In this document: piece after piece, positions 57,804 to 64,000 of the stretch
Position numbering within the stretch: position 1 is the stretch's first letter
How the letters are laid out: each line of letters starts with the position of its first letter
Assembly: GCA_964016885.1 (NCBI GenBank)
Contig: OZ024763.1
Coordinates: 27,776,001-27,840,000, forward strand
Reading direction: 5' to 3'
Length of the DNA: 64,000 nucleotides
Origin: Eledone cirrhosa
Taxonomy: Eukaryota
The notes under the pieces: generated by a model
Database searches by the model: none
What the model was told of the DNA's origin: nothing
The model's input: only the letters and a program-made list of their open reading frames with translations
Translations under genes and position numbers: made by a program

Positions 57804-59167
57804 CGGCCAACCAGGAGGGAGAGAGGGGGAGGGTGTATGTTGGGTTGGTGGAGGAAGGAAGGGGAGAGAAGGTAAAGTCATTATTACTGGGAGAGAGAGA
57901 GAGGGGGAGGGTGAGAAAGAGAGAAAGAGAGAGGGACAGAGGGTGAGAAAGAGAGAGGGACAGAGGGTGAGAAAGAGAGAGGGAGGGTGAGAAAGGTTGA
58001 GAGTGAAAGGGAGAGAAGAGAGAAAGGGAGAGAAAAGTTGAGAGAGAAAGGGAGAGAAAAGTTGAGAGAGAAAGGGAGAGAGAGGAAGAGATGGAATTAA
58101 GGAACAGGTGAAAGAGCGAGAGGGGGGAGAATGGGAGATAGAGAAGAGAGGGCAGAAAAGAGATAGATGAGACGAGAGTAGAAAGAGAGTGAGAGTGGGG
58201 AAAGTAGAGAGTGTGAGAGTGGAGAGTGTAGAGGGAGACAGGGGTGAGAGTGAGAGGGGAGAGAGTAGAGAGTGTGGAGAGAGTAGAGAGAGTGTGGAGA
58301 GAGTAGAGAGAGAGTGTGGAGGGAGAGAGTAGAGGGAGAGAGTAGAGGGAGAGTGTGGAGGGAGAGAGTAGAGGGAGAGTGTGGAGGGAGAGAGTAGAGG
58401 GAGAGTGTGGAGGGAGAGAGTAGAGGGAGAGTGTGGAGAGAGAGAGAGTAGAGGGAGAGTGTGGAGAGAGTAGAAGGAGAGTGTGGAGAGAGAGAGTAGA
58501 GGGAGAGTGTGGAGAGAGAGAGTAGAGGGAGAGTGTGGAGAGAGAGTAGAAGGAGAGTGTGGAGAGAGAGAGTAGAGGGAGAGTGTGGAGAGAGAGTAGA
58601 AGGAGAGTGTGGAGAGAGAGTAGAGGGAGAGTGTGGAGAGAGAGTAGAGGGAGAGTGTGGAGAGAGAGTAGAGGGAGAGTGTGGAGTGGAGAGAGAGTGT
58701 GGAGTGGAGAGAGAGAGTAGAGGGAGAGAGTAGAAGGGGAGAGAGTGTAGGGAGAGAGAGTGGAGAGAGAGACCAGCAGTGTGGAGAAGAGAAATAGTAA
58801 GAGATGTAGTGAGGGAAAGATAGACAGGGAGTAAGAGGGGGAGAGAGAGGCAGTGAGAGAGGGAGTGAGGAGAAGTAGAGAGAGAAGACGGGATGAGAAG
58901 GGGTGAAGAGGGAGAGGGAGTAGGTAGAATGGGACAACATTTATTGTATGTCAGGTATGGTGAGAAGGAAGAAAAGAAAAGAGCGGGAAATAAGTGGATG
59001 GGGAAGGTAGAGGAGGTATGGCAGTAGGTGGGGAGGGGAGAAAAATCAATATTCTTCCTTGATATCAGATATTGATCCAATAGACAAGGTGATCAGCGAT
59101 TCCATCTCGTTTTCCATGGTTCCATAGCATTGCGTTGCCTTGCCATTTTCCAATTCTATAACCGCAT

Positions 59168-59860
59168 AATTCCATACCATACCATACCATTCCAAACCAT
59201 TCCATACCATTCCTTACCATTGATGGCGTCTTTCTTTTTCAATTCTATAACGTCAACATTTCATATCATACCATTTCATACCATACTGTGTCATTCCATA
59301 CCATACCATTCCATATCATACTACATAATACCATTCCATAACATACCATTCCATACCATGCTACAAAATACCATTCCATGTCACACTATACCATTCCATA
59401 CCATACTACATAATACCATTCCATACCATTCCATACCATGCTACAAAATACCATTCCATGTCACACTATACCATTCCATACCATACTACATAATACCATT
59501 CCATACCATTCCATACCATGCTACAAAATACCATTCCATGTCACACTATACCATTCCATACCATACTACATAATACCATTCCATACCATGCTACAAAATA
59601 CCATTCCATACCATACTACTTAATACCATTCCATACCATACTACATAATACCATTCCATATCATACTACATAATACCATTCCATAACATACTACACTACA
59701 CTAGCATTCTGCGCCATACTATTTCACACCATGCTATGCTATACCATACTATATCATTCCAAACCATACTATATCATTCCAAACCATACTATATTCTTCC
59801 ATACCATACCATACCATACCATACTATACCATACCATACTATACCATACCATACAATTCA
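59168..59860. repeat. (ATACC/ATTCC)n satellite with 80-bp higher-order repeats
   Basis: ccatgctacaaaataccattccatgtcacactata recurs at 80-bp spacing. Confidence 0.88.
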
Positions 59861-59939
59861 TGCCGTATTTCTTTTCCAATTCTAGGACCATACCATTTCA
59901 TACAACACGAATCTATATCATATCTTTCCACACGATACT

Positions 59940-61230
59940 ATGTGGTGGTGTAGTGATGGTAGGATGGTATTTTGACAGTGGTGAGGTGGTAGTGGTGGTG
60001 GTGGTGGTTGTGGAATGGTGTGGTGGTGTTGTGTCAGTGGTGAGGTGGCTGGGGTGGTGGTGGTGGTAGTGGTGGTGGTAGTGGTGGTGGTAGTGGTGGT
60101 GGTGGTAGTGGAATGGTGTGGTGGTGTTGTGTCAATGGTGAGGTGGTAGTGGTGGTGGTGGAATGGTGTGGTGGTGTTGTGTCAGTGGTGAGGTGGCTGT
60201 GGTGGTGGTGGTAGTGGTGGTGGTGGTAGTGGTGGTGGTGGTGGTGGTGGTAATGGAATGGTGTGGTGGTGTTGTGTCAATGGTGAGGTGGTAGTGGTGG
60301 TGGTGGTGGTGGAATGGTGTGGTGGTGTTGTGTCAGTGGTGAGGTGGTGGTGGTGGAATGGTGTGGTGGTGTTGTGTCAGTGGTGAGGTGGCTGTGGTGG
60401 TGGTAGTGGTGGTGGTGGTGGTGGAATGGTGGTGGTGGTGGTGTGGTGTTGTGGTGCTAGGATTGGTGTTGTGGCAGTGGTGAGGTGACTGTGGTGGTGG
60501 TGGTGGTGGTGGAATGGTGGTGGTGGTGGTGGTGTGGTGTTGTGGTGCTAGGATTGGTGTTGTGGCAGTGGTGAGGTGACTGTGGTGGTGGTGGTGGTGG
60601 TGGTGGTGGAATGGTGGTGGTGGTGGTGGTGTGGTGTTGTGGTGCTAGGATTGGTGTTGTGGCAGTGGTGAGGTGACTGTGGTGGTGGTGGTGGTGGTAG
60701 TGGAATGGTGGTGGTGGTGGTGTGGTGTTGTGGTGCTAGGATTGGTGTTGTGGCAGTGGTGAGGTGACTGTGGTGGTGGTGGTGGTGGTGGTGGAATGGT
60801 GGTGGTGGTGGTGGTGTGGTGTTGGGGTGCTAGGATTGGTGTTGTGGCAGTGGTGAGGTGACTGTGGTGGTGGTGGTGGTGGAATGGTGGTGGTGGTGTG
60901 GTGTTGTGGTGCTAGGATTGGTGTTGTGGCAGTGGTGAGGTAACTGTGGTGGTGGAATGGTGGTGGTGGTGGTGGTGTGGTGTTGTGGTGTTGTGGTGCT
61001 AGGATTGGTGTTGTGGCAGTGGTGAGGTGACTGTGGTGGTGGTGGTGGTGGTGTGGTGTTGTGGTGCTAGGATTGGTGTTGTGGCAGTGGTGAGGTGACT
61101 GTGGTGGTGGAATGGTGGTGGCGTGGTGGTGGTGGCAGTGGTGAGGTGGCTGTGGTGGTGTTGGCAGTGGTATGGGGGTGGTATGGTGGTGGTGGTATGA
61201 TGGTCATGTGGTAGTGGTAGTAGTGGTGGT
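59940..61230. repeat. (GGT)n-derived minisatellite
   Basis: gctaggattggtgttgtggcagtggtgaggtgactgt unit plus variable (GGT)n. Confidence 0.9.
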
Positions 61231-61386
61231 GGATCTGACAGTATTGTGTGCTTCTATTACTAGGAGCTTTTACCAAGCTGTTAACAGGTTTGTGGATGAA
61301 ATGTGTGTTTGTGTGTGTACATATATATATATGTGTGTGTGTGTGTGTACATATATATATATATATATATATCCGTGTGTGTGCAC

Positions 61387-61430
<44 letters not shown>

Positions 61431-61546
61431 ATTGATTGATAGATAAATAGATTGATAAAAAAATTGATTGATTATATGTGTGTGTATATACAGGTAGAAA
61501 AAATATATACATACATACATACACACATACACACACACTCACACAC

Positions 61547-61586
<40 letters not shown>

Positions 61587-61706
61587 GAAATTTATAAGTA
61601 AGAATAGTCTGTATATGCATGTGTGGTATAAAAATGTAAATACATATATATATGTATATATATATATATATATATACATACATACATATCTCTCTCTATA
61701 CATACA

Positions 61707-61737
<31 letters not shown>

Positions 61738-61752
61738 CTCTCTATACATACA

Positions 61753-61783
<31 letters not shown>

Positions 61784-61808
61784 CTCTATACATACATACA
61801 TACATACA

Positions 61809-61867
<59 letters not shown>

Positions 61868-62019
61868 TTCTATAGATACACATGTAAATATGCATGTATA
61901 TATGCATGTAATACATACATACATACATTATATATATATAAGCCTGTATTTCAAGCTTAAGTGCTAGATATGACAAATAAATTTTCTTGCATAATTTTTC
62001 TTACCAAATCTCTCTCTCA

Positions 62020-62072
<53 letters not shown>

Positions 62073-62318
62073 TATATATATATATATATCTTTGTTTCCT
62101 TCCCTTTTTTTTGTAGGTATCTTTTGAGTGGTTTTATTTGTGTTTATTTGTGTTCAATACTCAGTTATTTTGCTCCTAATGAAATCATGAAATCTTATAA
62201 ACGTTTCCATTTGAACAAACTGTCTATCTCCATTATATGTATTTTGTGTTATATGTACACGGAGAATAAAAACGACCGAAACGCCATGTTTCTTTTAATA
62301 TATGTATGTATGTATGTT

Positions 62319-62353
<35 letters not shown>

Positions 62354-62444
62354 ATGTGTGTGTGGTTCTGTATATATATATTATATACGTATATATATAT
62401 ATATATATGTGTGTGTGTTTGTCTGTGTGTGTGTGTGTATGTAT

Positions 62445-62483
<39 letters not shown>

Positions 62484-62502
62484 TTATATTTATACATATA
62501 TC

Positions 62503-62546
<44 letters not shown>

Positions 62547-62714
62547 CACATATGTGTTTATTGCACTTAGCTCCACCATAATAAGTTTATCACATTTAGT
62601 TTTATTGTATCAAGGGTTAGAAAGTTTGGAACAATAGACGAAATCAAGAGGCTTAGCAAATCTTGTTGATTGTAGGTTTGTTTGCGTCGGGTTTTTGTCT
62701 GTTTTTCATTTGGA

Positions 62715-63140
62715 TTTTGTCGGGTTTTCGCTGGGTTTTTTGTCGGGTTTTCGCTGGGTTTTTGTCGGGTTTTCGCTGGGTTTTTGTCGGGTTTTCGCTG
62801 GGTTTTTTGTCGGGTTTTCGCTGGGTTTTTGTCGGGTTTTCGGTGGGTTTTTGTCGGGTTTTCGGTGGGTTTTTGTCGGGTTTTCGCTGGGTTTTTTGTC
62901 GGGTTTTCGCTGGGTTTTTGTCGGGTTTTCGCTGGGTTTTTGTCGGGTTTTCGCTGGGTTTTTGTCGGGTTTTCGCTGGGTTTTTGTCGGGTTTTCGCTG
63001 GGTTTTTGTCGGGTTTTCGTTGGGTTTTTGTCGGGTTTTCGCTGGGTTTTTGTCGGGTTTTCGCTGGGTTTTTTGTCGGGTTTTCGCTGGGTTTTTGTCG
63101 GGTTTTGGCTGGGTTTTTGTCGGGTTTTCGCTGGGTTTTC
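62715..63140. repeat. 22-23-bp minisatellite TTTTTGTCGGGTTTTCGCTGGG
   Basis: ~19 tandem copies. Confidence 0.95.
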
Positions 63141-63377
63141 ATAGGGTTTTCTCTGTATTTTTATACTCTTCTGAGCCCGGAGATAGTAAAAGAATGATAA
63201 GGGGGAGGAGAGGGAAGGGTGGAAGGTAAGAAAGAAGTAAAGGGAGAGAGTTATTCTCAAATCGTAGGCTTAGCTTGAATAATTCGCAACAGAATGGACT
63301 TCGTTAAATGCATCCGAGGACTAGGATTAATTCCTGCCAACCAAGTAGGCCCTGGTGGGATTTAAACTCACAATGCA

Positions 63378-63990
63378 ATGGTTGGGGTTTTACGGTTGCT
63401 GGATGCCCTTCCTGATACCAACCACGTTTACAGTGTGAGCCTGGGTTGTCCAGTTATAAGGCAAGTCTGGTCAGTTGATTTCCATCTACCTTACTCAAAC
63501 AGAAGTGTATTTTGGTTGGGGTTTTTTTACAGCCAAATGCCCTTCCTAACACTAACCACGTTTACAATGTGGAACTAGTTTGTCACGTTACAGGAAGGAT
63601 CTGGCCAGGCGGCCGCGCTGGACCTTATAGCAGAATTGTATTTCGCGAGCTCGGTGGTCCCGCTATGAGGAAGGTCTGGATAGTTGACCACGTCGTACCT
63701 TACTCATACAATGATCGTGTTTTGGCTGGGCTTTTACATTTGCCGGATAACCTTCCTCACACCAACCACGCTTACTCTGTGGACCTGGGTTGTCCTGTTA
63801 TGAGACAAGTCTGACCAGCTTGCTGCGCTGTACTTTTCTCATAACAGGGCCGTGTTTTGGTTGCTGAATACCCTTCCTCACACCAACCACGCTTACTCTG
63901 TGGACCTGGGTTGTCCTGTTATGAGGCAAGTCTAACCAACCGGCTGCGCTGTACCTTGCTCATAAAGGTGCCGCGTTTTTTTTTTTTATG
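63378..63990 (-). repeat. ~120-bp diverged tandem repeat, antisense-related to 54560-55000
   Basis: cccttcctcacaccaaccacg..ctgggttgtcc recurs 4-5 times. Confidence 0.7.
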
Positions 63991-64000
63991 GACTTTTACG

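Noticed and set aside
62567-63260. KTRQKPSENP repeat protein
   Set aside because: Open in nearly all frames because of a 22/23-bp satellite whose unit is not a multiple of 3.

Overview
AT-rich, repeat-dense animal genomic DNA, inferred to be a coleoid cephalopod such as octopus from its SINE and LINE content. It is dominated by (TA)n, (CA)n, (GA)n and (ACC/CTA)n microsatellites and minisatellites, with a 200-N gap at 37295-37494. I recognise no host protein-coding exon, and almost all ORFs in the track are microsatellite artefacts. The one substantial coding unit is a near-intact Penelope-like retroelement (PLE) at 25849-30112 on the minus strand. It encodes RT plus a C-terminal GIY-YIG endonuclease (Hydra-clade-like) in a 737-codon frame broken by a single TGA, and has two ~380-bp pseudo-LTRs that each carry a hammerhead ribozyme (HHR). 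A 51-bp inverted pLTR copy begins exactly at the predicted ribozyme cleavage site. The main hidden signal is about ten different short non-coding elements, mostly embedded in (TA)n, that carry type I minimal HHRs. Many form head-to-head palindromes, three with an HHR core on both strands, and several share a TACTC..GAGTR hairpin downstream of the cleavage site. Also present are ~17 copies of a tRNA-derived SINE, fragments of Dong/R4, CR1/L2-group, RTE and L1/Tx1 LINEs, a MITE with a 6-bp TSD, and satellites derived from retroelement ends. All RNA structures were folded by eye, not computed.
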